Origin: Rebecca billardiae RCC1528 | Taxonomy: Eukaryota; Protista; Haptophyta | NCBI GenBank assembly: GCA_965240325.2 | Contig: OZ251242.1 | Coordinates: 186,001 to 250,000 of the forward strand | Length of the DNA stretch: 64,000 nucleotides | Reading direction: 5' to 3' | In this document: one piece after another, positions 22,225 to 33,283 of the stretch | Layout of the letters: each line of letters starts with the position of its first letter | Numbering within the stretch: the stretch's first letter is position 1 | Notes under the pieces: model-generated | What the model was told of the DNA's origin: nothing | The model's input: only the letters and a program-made list of their open reading frames with translations | The model's database searches: none | Position numbers and translations under genes: made by a program

Positions 22225-24204
22225 ATGGGCAAGGACGACAAGAAGGTCGAGGGCGCCGCCGTCGGCATCGACCTCGGCACGACGTACTCGTGCGTCGGCA
22301 TCTGGCAGAACGACCGCGTCGAGATCATCGCCAACGACCAGGGCAACCGCACGGCGCCGTCGTACGTGGCGTTCACCGACTCGGAGCGCATGATCGGCGA
22401 CGCGGCGAAGAACCAGGCCGCGATGAACCCGCGCAACACCGTCTTCGACGCGAAGCGGCTGATCGGCCGCCGCTTCCAGGACGCGCCCGTGCAGTCCGAC
22501 ATGAAGCACTGGCCGTTCAAGGTGGTGCCGAAGGAGGCGGACAAGCCGTACATCCAGGTGGAGTACAAGGGCGAGACCAAGGAGTTCGCCCCCGAGGAGA
22601 TCTCCTCGATGATCCTCGTCAAGATGAAGGAGGTCGCCGAGGCGTACCTCGGCACCGACGTGCCGAACGCGGTCGTGACCGTGCCCGCCTACTTCAACGA
22701 CGCGCAGCGCGCGTCGACCAAGGACGCGGGCTCGATCGCCGGCCTCAACGTGCTGCGCATCATCAACGAGCCCACCGCCGCCGCGATCGCGTACGGCCTC
22801 GACAAGAAGTCGGAGCAGGAGCGCAACGTGCTCATCTTCGACCTCGGCGGCGGCACCTTTGACGTCTCGCTGCTCACGATCGAGGAGGGGATCTTCGAGG
22901 TGAAGGCGACGGCGGGCGACACGCACCTGGGCGGCGAGGACTTCGACAACCGGCTCGTCAACCACTTCGTGCAGGAGTTCAAGCGCAAGCACAAGAAGGA
23001 CATCACCGACAACCCGCGCGCGATGCGCCGGCTGCGCACGGCGTGCGAGCGCGCGAAGCGCTCGCTGTCGTCGTCCACGCAGACCTCGATCGAGATCGAC
23101 TCGCTCTTCGAGGGCGTCGACTTCTTCTCGTCGATCACGCGCGCGCGCTTCGAGGAGCTCTGCATGGACCTCTTCCGCGGCACGCTCGAGCCCGTCGAGA
23201 AGGTGCTGCGCGACTCGAAGGTGGACAAGCGCTCGGTGCACGACGTCGTGCTCGTCGGCGGCTCGACGCGCATCCCGAAGGTGCAGCAGCTGCTCTCGGA
23301 CTACTTCAACGGCAAGGAGCCGAGCCGCTCGATCAACCCGGACGAGGCGGTGGCGTACGGCGCGGCCGTGCAGGCGGCGATCCTCGCGGGCACCGGCTCG
23401 GAGAAGACCTCCGAGCTGCTGCTCCTCGACGTGACGCCGCTCTCGCTCGGCATCGAGACGGCGGGCGAGGTCATGTCCGTGCTCATCCCGCGCAACACGA
23501 CCGTGCCGACGAAGAAGTCGCAGACGTTCTCGACGTACTCGGACAACCAGCCGGCGGTGACGATCCAGGTCTTCGAGGGCGAGCGCTCGCGCACCAAGGA
23601 CAACAACAAGCTCGGCGAGTTCAACCTGACGGGCATCCCACCGATGCCGCGCGGCGTGCCGCAGATCGACGTCACCTTCGACATCGACGCAAACGGCATG
23701 CTCAACGTCTCGGCGGTCGAGAAGTCGACGGGCTCGGAGAAGAAGATCACGATCGCGAACGACAAGTCGCGGCTGTCCAAGGAGGACGTCGAGAAGATGA
23801 CCGCCGAGGCCGAGAAGTACAAGCGCGAGGACGAGGAGTTCAAGGCGCGCGTCGAGTCGAAGAACGCGCTCGAGAACTACGGCTACCAGATGAAGTCTGC
23901 GCTCGAGGACGACAAGGTGAAGGACAAGATCTCGGCGGAGGACAAGGAGAAGGCGCTCGGCGCGATCAAGGAGGCGCTGGACTGGCTCGAGAAGAACCAG
24001 ATGGCCGAGAAGGAGGAGTTCGAGCACAAGCAGAAGGAGCTCGAGGGCATCTGCAGCCCGATCATCCAGTCGCTCTACGCGGCGGGCGGCGGCGGCGGCA
24101 TGCCGGACATGGGCGGCGGCATGCCCGGCGGCATGCCCGGCGGCGGCGCGCCGCCGCCGGGCGCGGGCGGGGGTAACGCACCCAACATCGAGGAGGTCGA
24201 CTAA
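22225..24204 (+). CDS. HSP70: Cytosolic heat shock protein 70
   Basis: [34 protein letters not shown] signatures; GGMP repeats and a C-terminal EEVD; no intron in the CDS. Confidence 0.99.
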   Translation: MGKDDKKVEGAAVGIDLGTTYSCVGIWQNDRVEIIANDQGNRTAPSYVAFTDSERMIGDAAKNQAAMNPRNTVFDAKRLIGRRFQDAPVQSDMKHWPFKVVPKEADKPYIQVEYKGETKEFAPEEISSMILVKMKEVAEAYLGTDVPNAVVTVPAYFNDAQRASTKDAGSIAGLNVLRIINEPTAAAIAYGLDKKSEQERNVLIFDLGGGTFDVSLLTIEEGIFEVKATAGDTHLGGEDFDNRLVNHFVQEFKRKHKKDITDNPRAMRRLRTACERAKRSLSSSTQTSIEIDSLFEGVDFFSSITRARFEELCMDLFRGTLEPVEKVLRDSKVDKRSVHDVVLVGGSTRIPKVQQLLSDYFNGKEPSRSINPDEAVAYGAAVQAAILAGTGSEKTSELLLLDVTPLSLGIETAGEVMSVLIPRNTTVPTKKSQTFSTYSDNQPAVTIQVFEGERSRTKDNNKLGEFNLTGIPPMPRGVPQIDVTFDIDANGMLNVSAVEKSTGSEKKITIANDKSRLSKEDVEKMTAEAEKYKREDEEFKARVESKNALENYGYQMKSALEDDKVKDKISAEDKEKALGAIKEALDWLEKNQMAEKEEFEHKQKELEGICSPIIQSLYAAGGGGGMPDMGGGMPGGMPGGGAPPPGAGGGNAPNIEEVD

Positions 24205-24309
24205 GCCCATGGCCCGGCGTGCGCGAACGCGCTGCGGGGCTAGCCCGCGCAGACGTCGCGCACGAGCGCTTCGGTGCTCGCACGCGGGTCAGGCCCCGCC
24301 GGGCGCCGG

Positions 24310-24687
24310 GGCGGCCCTGACTCTGGGCGGCCTGAGCCGCTGCGCGGGCGATCACGCGGTGGCGCGCGCGGTCCGAGCTGCCTGCCTCAGTAGTCCTGCA
24401 GTCTAGGCAGCGCATGATGAACATGAGCATCGCATAACTCGCGCATAGAGAGGAGGCATAGTCGTACGCTGGCGGCCCTGAGCGCGGCCTGAGGCAGTTG
24501 CCAGCCTGAGGGCTCCGCTTATTGGCCGGTCCGCGCTGCGCGGCTGCGCCGGCTGCGCGGGCGATCAGGCACGCGGTGGCGCGCGCGGTCCGAGTTGCCT
24601 GCCTCAGTAGTCCTGCAGTCTAGGCAGCGCATGATGAACATGTGCATCGCATAACTCGCGCATAGAGAGGAGGCGTAGTCGTACGCT
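24310..24687. repeat. Local tandem duplication (~160-bp unit, second copy with an internal insert) downstream of HSP70
   Basis: gcggtccgag..cctcagtagtcctgcagtctaggcagcgcatgatgaacatg..gtcgtacgct occurs twice. Confidence 0.85.
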
Positions 24688-24911
24688 AAGGCTGCACCGA
24701 CCTGTGCGGCTCGCTGCTGCGAGTTTCGGCTTATTCAGTTTCGGCCACGGGCCGGTCCGCCAAGCCCGCAAGGCGCCAAGTCGCCAACTACCGCCAAACG
24801 GGCAAACGGCAAACCGCGACGAAATAAACTGCGGGGGCCTGGCGGCCTTGTCCCGGTGGGGCTGGTCGAACACACACGAATTAATAAAATTGTTTAAAGC
24901 TGTGTTCACCA

Positions 24912-24913
<2 letters not shown>

Positions 24914-24955
<42 letters not shown>
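24914..24955. repeat. (TA)n microsatellite
   Basis: Perfect TA run. Confidence 0.95.
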
Positions 24956-24958
<3 letters not shown>

Positions 24959-25358
24959 ACGACGTGGCAGCATCGGACAAGCGTCAGGCTCAGAGTGCAA
25001 CAGAGTACAGACACATAGATAGAATGCGTCCGCGCCTTCCGTCCAGGTCAGACAGTGCGCCACACCCGCAGCCCTGCCCCCCTACGGGAGCGGGGCCGGG
25101 ATGGAGCACCGCCTCGGCCTGGGGCGGCGCGGCGGCGACGGCAGATGCCGCCGCGGCCGAGCGCCTTCCGGAGCACTTGGATTATGAGGGTGAGCGGTCG
25201 TAGTCGATCACGATGTCGCCGCCCGCCGACCTAACGGCGAGCAGCTCCGGCAAGCGGCAGCCGCGGCTGTCGCCCCCGTGCGCCCGCGTGGGCGCCTGGA
25301 TGAGGATGAGGTCGTAGTACGCGTCGCCGCGCGCCGGCCAAGCCGCCAAGCGGCCGCG

Positions 25359-25360
<2 letters not shown>

Positions 25361-25389
<29 letters not shown>
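25361..25389. repeat. (TA)n microsatellite
   Basis: Perfect TA run. Confidence 0.95.
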
Positions 25390-25395
<6 letters not shown>

Positions 25396-25705
25396 CAATA
25401 TTCACGCAATTTAATAAGAGCGAGTCGCGGCTCCGCCGCCTGAGTCCCATTGGTCGGTTGGAGGGGGGATCGAAAAATGAGCACCTGCCAAAGTGAGACA
25501 TATGATCTCAATACCATCAGCGTAGACGAAATACTGGACGGAATCAGAAAGAAAACCAGCCAATGGTCGTCCCGGAAGGCATGATGGCTTAGCCGCAATC
25601 TCGTTAGCATCTCAGCAATGTTCGCTGTGCGTTTTTGTGTCCTTCTCCACCTCCACGAGGCCTGGACGAGATCGCTTGCGGAAGGCTTCGGGTCGAGAGA
25701 ACGCG

Positions 25706-26167
25706 TCAAAGCGAAGGGGAGCCGCTGGCTCCGTGAGGTTCAAGGCAGCTAGCCCCCGACGCTGATGGCGAAGACGGCGGCTGGCGATGGCCGCAACTCA
25801 AGTCAATGGGATTGGGGATTGGAAGATGGGCTGAAAGACCAGGCACGAATGGATCGTGCCATCTGGCGAGCGCCAGCGGACGATGCTGACTGCGACCAGC
25901 GGCGGCGGGGGCGATGGCGGCGGCGTGACGCCCAAAACAGCCGCAGTGCTGCTGGTGTGCTTGCTGCTGCTGTGCTTGCGCTGTCGCTTTGTGGGGGCGC
26001 TCGTGGCTCGTGCCCGGGTCGCCAGTGCCATGATCCAGCCTCCGCGTGGCGAGCCGATAGCATACCATGCCGGCCAGCTTGTGCGTAGCGCACCGGTTGG
26101 CGCGCGCGTCGCCCGGCATGCCGAACGAAGGCACCTTGGTGCAGCCGGCGTGATCACAGTGCTTGGG
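25706..26167 (-). other. ORF or gene fragment with one EsV-1-7-like cysteine-rich repeat
   Basis: Minus-strand frame reads PKHCDHAGCTKVPSFGMPGDARANRCATHKLAGMV, matching the C..GC.K.PSFG..G....C..HK..GMV pattern; no clear ATG start. Confidence 0.55.
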
Positions 26168-26291
26168 TGGGCGTGAATGAAGCGATTTGATGGGCGCCGT
26201 GGTCCGTTCGATCGGTCCGGTCCCAATCCCACGTCCCCCACGCCTCGTCGCGGTTCACGGGCTCGGCGGAAGGGCTGAACGCAAGCGGAGG

Positions 26292-27029
26292 ATGCGTACC
26301 TTCGCTCTCGCCGCCCTCACGAGCAGCGCGCTCGCGCTGTTGTGCATGCTGATTCCCCTCAACGGCGCCGACACGCCAAGCCCGGCGTTTGCCACGGGCT
26401 CGTGCGAAGCCGACGGGTGCGGAGCGGCGGCGATGCCACCGCATGACGCGAGCATCTGCAACTGGGGCGCTGGTGGTGGCCCTGCGGCGCACAAGCCCCC
26501 CGGCTGTGCCTATTGCGCGGGCGGCCAGTGCGTCGACAAGCTGCCCAACGGCTCGCCCGCAGGCGGCGCAAACGACTGCCAATCCAACCAACTCTTCACG
26601 CATGATGAGCTCTTCGGGTCTGGCCCCCGTACCGACGTTTGCGAGGCGGTGACGTGTGTCGACGATGTCAGCTCACCCCGCAACCAACCTTACCGCTGCG
26701 ATACGTGCGTCGACGAGGGCGCAAGATTGTGTTGCATGCGCAGTTACAGCGAAGATGGCATGACTGTTATAAATTGTGGGAGCCAGCCAAGGACAAGGAC
26801 AGACAAGGCGGACCAGGACATGATTTCAGATTCCTGTCCGCAACCAGGGCCTCAAGCTCCAACGATGCTTCTTCCTGATCCGGCGGCCCATCGCGACGAC
26901 CCGGCGCGCTCCAAAGCCACACGGTGGGCGCCGGGTGGGCCGAGCAGCCTGGGCTGGCATTATCGCGGCGCCCCCGGCGGCGCGGTCAGCTCCGGCAACG
27001 CTGCCGAGAGTGACGAGCAGACAGTGTGA
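26292..27029 (+). CDS. Secreted cysteine-rich hypothetical protein
   Basis: Signal-peptide-like MRTFALAALTSSALALLCMLIPLNGA followed by many Cys (CAYC, CDTC, LCC); 245 aa. Confidence 0.6.
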   Translation: MRTFALAALTSSALALLCMLIPLNGADTPSPAFATGSCEADGCGAAAMPPHDASICNWGAGGGPAAHKPPGCAYCAGGQCVDKLPNGSPAGGANDCQSNQLFTHDELFGSGPRTDVCEAVTCVDDVSSPRNQPYRCDTCVDEGARLCCMRSYSEDGMTVINCGSQPRTRTDKADQDMISDSCPQPGPQAPTMLLPDPAAHRDDPARSKATRWAPGGPSSLGWHYRGAPGGAVSSGNAAESDEQTV

Positions 27030-27421
27030 GACAGATGTGCATGTGACTTTATTTGGCTGTCGATCGCGCGTAGTCACTCGTCATCAGCGACTGCCATATC
27101 CATGTACTGACCCGCTGTCTGGTCCGAGCCACACGAGTTGATGCCCCATCATCAGCAGACGATAGAAAGGGATACGAGAGCGAGAGCGGACGCGACAGAT
27201 CGAGCCCGGCGCGCGACGAGCTGAGTCTGACTGCAGGTAGTCCGATACGGTCACACGAGCTGCCCACCCATGCACCGGTAGCAGCGCCCTGCTGCCTGCA
27301 GGTGCGGTACGCGGACGTAACTAGTATATAAGCTGCTGCGATACGAATCGCGACTGCGCTATACGATGCGGCTCCTAGCTCTGATGACAGTACTCTTGCG
27401 TAGTATATCGTTGCACGCCAC

Positions 27422-30400
27422 TCAAGTGCGCGCAGCCGTCAGCATCTGCGGGCCGCCGCCGCCGCCGCCGCGCCCCGCCGCGCCGTGCGCCTGCTGCGCT
27501 GCCAGCCGCTGCCGGTAGCGCGTCATCTCGACGAGCACGGTCTCGAGCGCCGCGCGCGGCAGCTCAAAGGTGACGCCCAGGTAGAACGGGGCGGTGCCGT
27601 CGGCGCTGAGGCACGGGTGCAGCGTGAGCAGGTTCCAGAAGCCCCGGCCGGCTGCGTGGGGTATTGCATGCGGCACGGCGCGCGCGAGCAGGCACCGTCG
27701 GCGTGTCAGGGCGTGCGCGCATGCACACGCGTGCACGGCCGGCCGGTGTTGCCAGACGCAGCGCATCGCGCGCGGCCAACGGTCGAGTGCGGCGCGGTGG
27801 CGGTCGCGCAGCGCCAGCCACACCTCTGGTCTCGTTGTAGAGGTGGACGCGGCAGCCCTGGCGCGCGCCGATGGAGAGCTTGAGCAGCTGCACGCTGGAC
27901 GGGTCGGTGCACTCGGCCTGCAGGAAGCGGCAGTTGCGCCCCGTGCACTCGGCCGCGCTGAAGCCCGCAAGCTCCTGCGCGCGCAGCGCCGGGCGCGCGC
28001 GGCGGGCGGCTCATGCATGGAGTGAGGAGCAAAGCGATGGCGCGGGGCGCGCAGGAGGGAGCGGCGATGGGCGGCGCGCGAGCCGGGGAGGAAGGCGCGG
28101 GCCGCCACTGCGCCCCACGCGCGCCGCGCGTCGCACCAGGAAGCCCGGGCTCGCGTACACCAGCGGCGTGTCCCGCTGCTCGGTGGCGGAGACGACCACC
28201 CCAAAGCCGCGCGCGCCGAGCACCGTTCGCACGAGAAGCCCGCGGGGGATCTGCGCGGGGCCGTGATCGGCGTCGTCGTCGCTCGCGCCGTCGGAGTCGT
28301 CGGCGTCGTCGCTGCGGGCGGCCGCCGCGGGCGCGTCGGGGGGCGTCGGCTGCGGCTGCGGCGGCGGCAGCGCGATGGCGGCGGCGCGCGCTCGCGCCTC
28401 GAGCGCCGGCGGCAGCGGCCCCATCCGGCGCCCGACGCCCAGCAGCTGAGGCTTGCCGCTGTGCGCGCCGCCGAGCCGAGCGGAGGGCGTGGGTGCGGCG
28501 GCGGCGGCTGCGGCGGGCGCGCGGTGCGTGGGCTCGGCCGGTGTCCCCACCACCGCCAGCCCCGCCGTCACGGCATGCGGCGAGCCGTCCTGCTGCTGCT
28601 GCTTGCCGCCGCCCACGCGCGGCTCAGACCCGCGGGGCGCCGCGCCGCCGCCGCCAAACGCGGGAGTGTTCGGAGTGACGCCCACGCCGAGCGAATCGTG
28701 CGCGCGGTGTGGCGGGGCTGCCGTCGCGGCCGCCGCCGCGGCCTCGGCGGCGTCCGCCTCCGCCGCCTCCGGCGTCAGCCCGAGCTCAAAGTGCGCGACG
28801 GCGAAGAGCCGGCCCGCCTCGAGCGCGCGCTGCAGGTGCGCGACCGCTCGGCAGCGTGCGAGCTGCGCGGCCGCGTGCGCGTCCGCGGCCTCGTCGTCCG
28901 GCGCGGTGGCGACGGCCTCGGCGGCGGCGGCGGCGGCGCGCACCGCGGCGCGGCGCCACGCGGCTCGCAGCTCGTCGTCCGGCTCGACGCGCGAGACGGC
29001 GCACAGGTCGACGAACGCGCGGCCGCACTTGGCGTGCCGGATGATGAGCGCGTGACGCGCGCCGGCCGCGCCGGCCGCGGCCGGCCTGTTTTATTTCTAC
29101 GAGAGCCCAAAGGCGACATTCGCCAAAACGCGGTACAATGGCGGCTTGCCCGCTGGTGCGGGCCCCGGAGCTAGTCCGGAGAAGTGATGGCACGTCATTC
29201 GCGCATTCTCGTGTTGAGGCGCTGCGCTGTGGCGAAGGATGTTGTCAGACATGCTGATTCGCCTTGCCGTGGTGCTTCGCCTTGACACAGGGGTCACTCG
29301 CGGTGCACGGCAGTGTGCACGATGCAGCGGCGGCGAGCGGCGGCAAACCGCTGCAGCTGGAGGCCCTCTGCAAGCTGCAAGCACTCTGCCTTGGCTGCTG
29401 CGTCGCACCCGTGTCAGTTAGCGACCAGTTCACAGCCAGATGGACTGCAATCGCCACCAGCTCTAAACGCTCCGCCGCCACTACCTTGTCGAGCTTGAGA
29501 TGCTTCCGTTCGGCGTGCGCTTGCTTGCAGCTTGCCGCCTGCATTTGAACGTGATCGCGGAAGGTTAGTAGGCCGGATGCTCAGGCCTCCTCGGCGTATA
29601 ATATTACAAGGTGCGTGCCACGCGCACCCATGACGCGCGGAAAGGCGTGCACACGCGTCCTCGCGCATCTTTCAGGCTGCAGTCTTGGCCAAGATGATGA
29701 GAACAAGCCTGCCAGTGCCGCGCAGGCGCGAGCGCGCGGAGAGTTCTGGGATCCGACCCATGGTGTTGGGTGTACCTCGTGTGCGACAACGACGAGGCGG
29801 ACGAGCGCCGCAACTGGATTCGTGCACTCACCGGTCACCGAGGAGTGCACGAATCGCATTCCTTGCGCACGTGGGGGCCGCCATCGGCCGTGAGAGGTAC
29901 ACCCAACGGGGCGTGACACCGATTCCCACTGGCGAGCACGGGTTTGTCGCCGTGACATAGTAAATGGAATCTGGTAGAAATAAAACAGGCCGGCCGCGGC
30001 GGCGGGCGGCCGCGCGCCGACCGCGCCTTCCGCCGCCTCCTCCTCCGGGGGCGGCGGCGGCGGCGCGAGCAGCGCGGCGTCGAGCTCGGCCTCTGCCGCG
30101 GCGGAGGTGAGCGGCCCGCGCAGCAGCCCGAGCCCCGCGCGCGCGGCGCACAGCTCGGACTCGGAGTAGCCGCTCATTCGCTCGAACGCCGGGCTGGCGT
30201 AGAGGACGCGCGCGGGCTGCGCGGGCGCGCACGACGCGTCGAGGAGGGTGAAGCCGTCGCCGCACTGCGCGTGGAAGAGGCGGCGCGCGAGCGCGGGGTC
30301 GAGCGGGCCGCACGCGGGCGGCGGCACCGCGTGGAGCGGCCGTGGCGGCGCGCACTCCGCGCCGCCGGGCGCCGCGCCGAGCCTGGTCATCTGCGCGCGC

Positions 30401-31044
30401 AGCGCCGCCTCGTCGAAGAAAGTGTTGTGTCGGACCACGCGCGCGGCGCGCACGCTGTCGATCGAGACGCCGCGCACGTGGACGGGCGCGCCGGTGGGCT
30501 TGAGGGTGAGCGGCGAGCCGTCGTAGTCGAGCGTGTGGTACTCCCCCTCGTGCGTGCCGCGCACCGCCCAGTGCGTCGTCACCGCGCCGCCATCGTCCGA
30601 GACGGCCTGCGAGAGAATCTCGAGCTCGAGATTGCGCGGCAGCGCGCGGCGGAAGCGCAGCACTTGCGCTGCGAACGCCTGTGCGCCCGTCGCGTGCGCC
30701 GCAGCCGCACCCTGCTCGGGAGTCGCAGCGGCGATGCCGCCGCTCCGAGCCGCGGGCGCGAGCGCGAGCGCCGCCGTGGACGCCGAGTCGGCCACCTCCG
30801 CGCCGGGCGCGAAGAACGGCTCGAGCTCGGCCGCGCTCGGCGGCGGCGCCGCGCCGTAGGCGCACGCGTCGCGCGCGCGCACGAGCGCGGCGCTCAGCTC
30901 GGACTCGGTGCGGTTCTCGGCGGTGACGACGAGGCGCACGCCTTCGGCCGCGCCGCCACCGCCACCACCGTCGGCGGCGCCGGGCCACATGCACAGCCGG
31001 AGGAACAGCGGAGGCAGCGCCGCGCGCCACGCGGGCCATGCCGA

Positions 31045-31088
<44 letters not shown>

Positions 31089-32709
31089 GGTCGTCGCCGT
31101 CGGCGGCGGTGGCGGCGGCGGGCGGCACGTGCACGCCGAGCTCGAGCGTGCCGAGCTTGAGCTCGCGCGAGAGCGCATGCGCCTGGCGCCGCCACATGCG
31201 CGAGTGCGCGACGAGCGCGGACGACGCCTCCGCCTTCGCCGCGCGCCGCGCCGCGGCGGCGAACGCCGCGCGCGCGCGCTCGCGCTCAGCCTGAGTGCTG
31301 CCGAGCATCTTGAGCGAGCACAGGTCTCGGCCGGCGAGGCTCGAGTCGACGTCGGTGGTCTCGAAGCCGAGGAGCGCCTCGAGCTCGATCGACGCGCGCG
31401 TCACGATCACCGCCGGCGCCGCGCCCGCCCCCTCCGCCGCCTCCTTCACGAGCGCCTCCAGCCAGAGGCCGTCGCGAGCGGCGGCGGCGGCGGCGGCCCG
31501 CAGCGGCGGCAGGGGCGAGGCCGGCGCGCTGCCGCCGCTGCGGCGCGCGAGGCGGTCGGCGGCCTTGGGCGAGGCGTACGGCTTGAAGCCGCGCTCGAGC
31601 TCGGAGAGCTTGTGCACGTGGCGCTCGGCCAGCCCACCACCGCCGCCGCGCGCGCCGCTCGCCCCCGGGCGCGCCGTCGCCGCGTCGATGGGCGGCGGCG
31701 CGCGCCGCTCCGCGACCGCCGCCCAGTCGAGCTTGTCAAACAGCGGGTGCGCCTTGATCGCCGCGGCGCCGCCGGCCTCGGCGCTGCCGAGCCGCGCGCT
31801 GGGGTCGACGACGAGCAGCGCGCTGATCAGCCCGCGCAGCGGCGCGCACATCCACCACGGCATCTCCACCTCGCACGCCGACACCTTGGCGACCAGCTCC
31901 GGCAGCGACTCCGCTGCAAACGGTCCCTCGCCGGTCGCCAGCTCAAACAGCAGGCAGCCGAGGCCCCACCAGTCGACGCCGAAGGAGTAGGGCTCGCCGC
32001 GCAAGGCCTCGGGCGCCATGTACACGGGCGTGCCGCACGACGTCTGCGTCGTGAGCGCCTCCTCCCGCCGCGCGCGCCCGCCGCCGCCACCGAAGCCGAA
32101 GCCGAAGCCAAAGCCGCGCTCCTGATCCTTCTTCTCTCGCTCGCGCTCCGCCGCGGACGGCGCGATCCGCTTCGCGAGCCCAAAGTCGGTGAGGAGGAGG
32201 TGGCCGTCGACGCCGACCATGACGTTCTCGGCCTTGAGATCGCGGTACACCACGCCCGCCGCGTGCACGTGCTCCAGCGCGAGCACGAGCTCCGCCGCGC
32301 ACGCGCGCACCGTCGGCTCGCCCAGCGTGCCGCCCGGCGCGCGGTGCAGCACTTCGAGAAGGTCGCCGCCGCCTGCAAAGTCGAGCAGCATGTAGAGGTG
32401 GTCGTCGTCCTGGAAGGCGTAGTGCAGCGAGACGACGAAGGGGTGGCGCATCGAGCGGAGCAGCTCGTTCTCGCGGATCGCCTGCGCGATCGACGTCTCG
32501 CCCTTGGTGACGACGTGGTTCTTGTCGATGCACTTCATCGCGTACACGCTCGCGTCCGACCGGTGCCGAACGGCGAAGACGCGGCCAAAGCTGCCCGCGC
32601 CCGCGACGCCGACGATCTCAAAGTCGTCGCGCCGCACCTCCGCCACCGCCGGTGCCGACGCCCCCGCCTCCGCGCCGCGTGCCGCGCCCTGCGTCGTGAA
32701 CGTCCACAT
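27422..32709 (-). CDS. AGC Ser/Thr kinase-PAS-SnoaL-PAS-LOV multidomain protein (candidate blue-light receptor kinase), interrupted by a TIR element at 29083-29991
   Basis: Kinase motifs GAGSFGRV, AMK, YRDLKAEN, DFG, CGTPVYMAPE and an AGC tail; two LOV-like PAS domains; SnoaL motif W..RGTHEGEY..PTG.PV.VRG. Segments 32709-29992, 29078-28137, 27974-27824 and 27651-27422 join in frame (introns 28136-27975 and 27823-27652) to give PLVYASPGFL/ELAGFSAAECTGRNCRFLQ..LYNETR/AGRGFWNLLTLHP..YLGVT. Confidence 0.85.
29083..29991. mobile_element. Non-autonomous TIR DNA transposon (909 bp), copy 1, PIF/Harbinger-Tourist-like ends
   Basis: 18-bp TIR GGCCTGTTTTATTTCTAC/GTAGAAATAAAACAGGCC with 4-bp TSD GGCC; near-identical inverted copy at 40474-41385; removing it restores the host reading frame. 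Confidence 0.93.
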
Positions 32710-33283
32710 CCTTGATTCCTTGGCCGGGTTGGGACTTGGGCGTGCGTGCGTGTGATGTCGCTCGTCTGGACTCGGGAGACAGTGATGACGCGAGGCGAAG
32801 TGAGAAGGAAGATACCAGCTCGAGGACCCATCACTACGATCTTCGCTCGCAGGGAATCTTGTGCATTTTCACCTTGGGTTTTGACGTGACGCAGTATGCC
32901 GGCTGGGTATCCAAGCGGTAGGAGAGTGCAAGGTCGTATTTTAGTACTATACGCAGCTTTACCATGTTACCCAGTGCTCATCTATGTCATCACTGCACTC
33001 TGCAGCAGGTGAAATATCAAACTTGTCGTGAGGATCTGACCCCACCTATGAATAATGTCGACCTCGTCATATCAATGTATACGTAAAGGTACAATGAGGC
33101 ATTTTGACGTGATGACGTCGCAAACTTTCTCGAAGGCATTCGACGATACCTTACCTTTCCATCTCGTCTCTGATATACCAATCGTCATGTTCTCGCGCGC
33201 CAGAAATACCGCGTAGTAATTATGAGAAGATTAATACCGATGCTGCCCTACCGTACATGCGCAGTATTACAAGCCGTTACTTA

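Noticed and set aside
21538-24210. 1004-aa ORF antisense to HSP70
   Set aside because: Well-known shadow frame of GC3-biased HSP70/dnaK genes (often mis-annotated as NAD-glutamate dehydrogenase); only its last 113 codons look like a real separate gene.
29097-29960. ORFs inside the 909-bp element as a functional transposase
   Set aside because: Too short and interrupted by stops; at most a degenerate GSVHD-containing remnant.
27422-32709. Calling the gene phototropin or aureochrome
   Set aside because: Domain order is reversed relative to phototropin, the kinase has DFG rather than DFD, and there is no bZIP.
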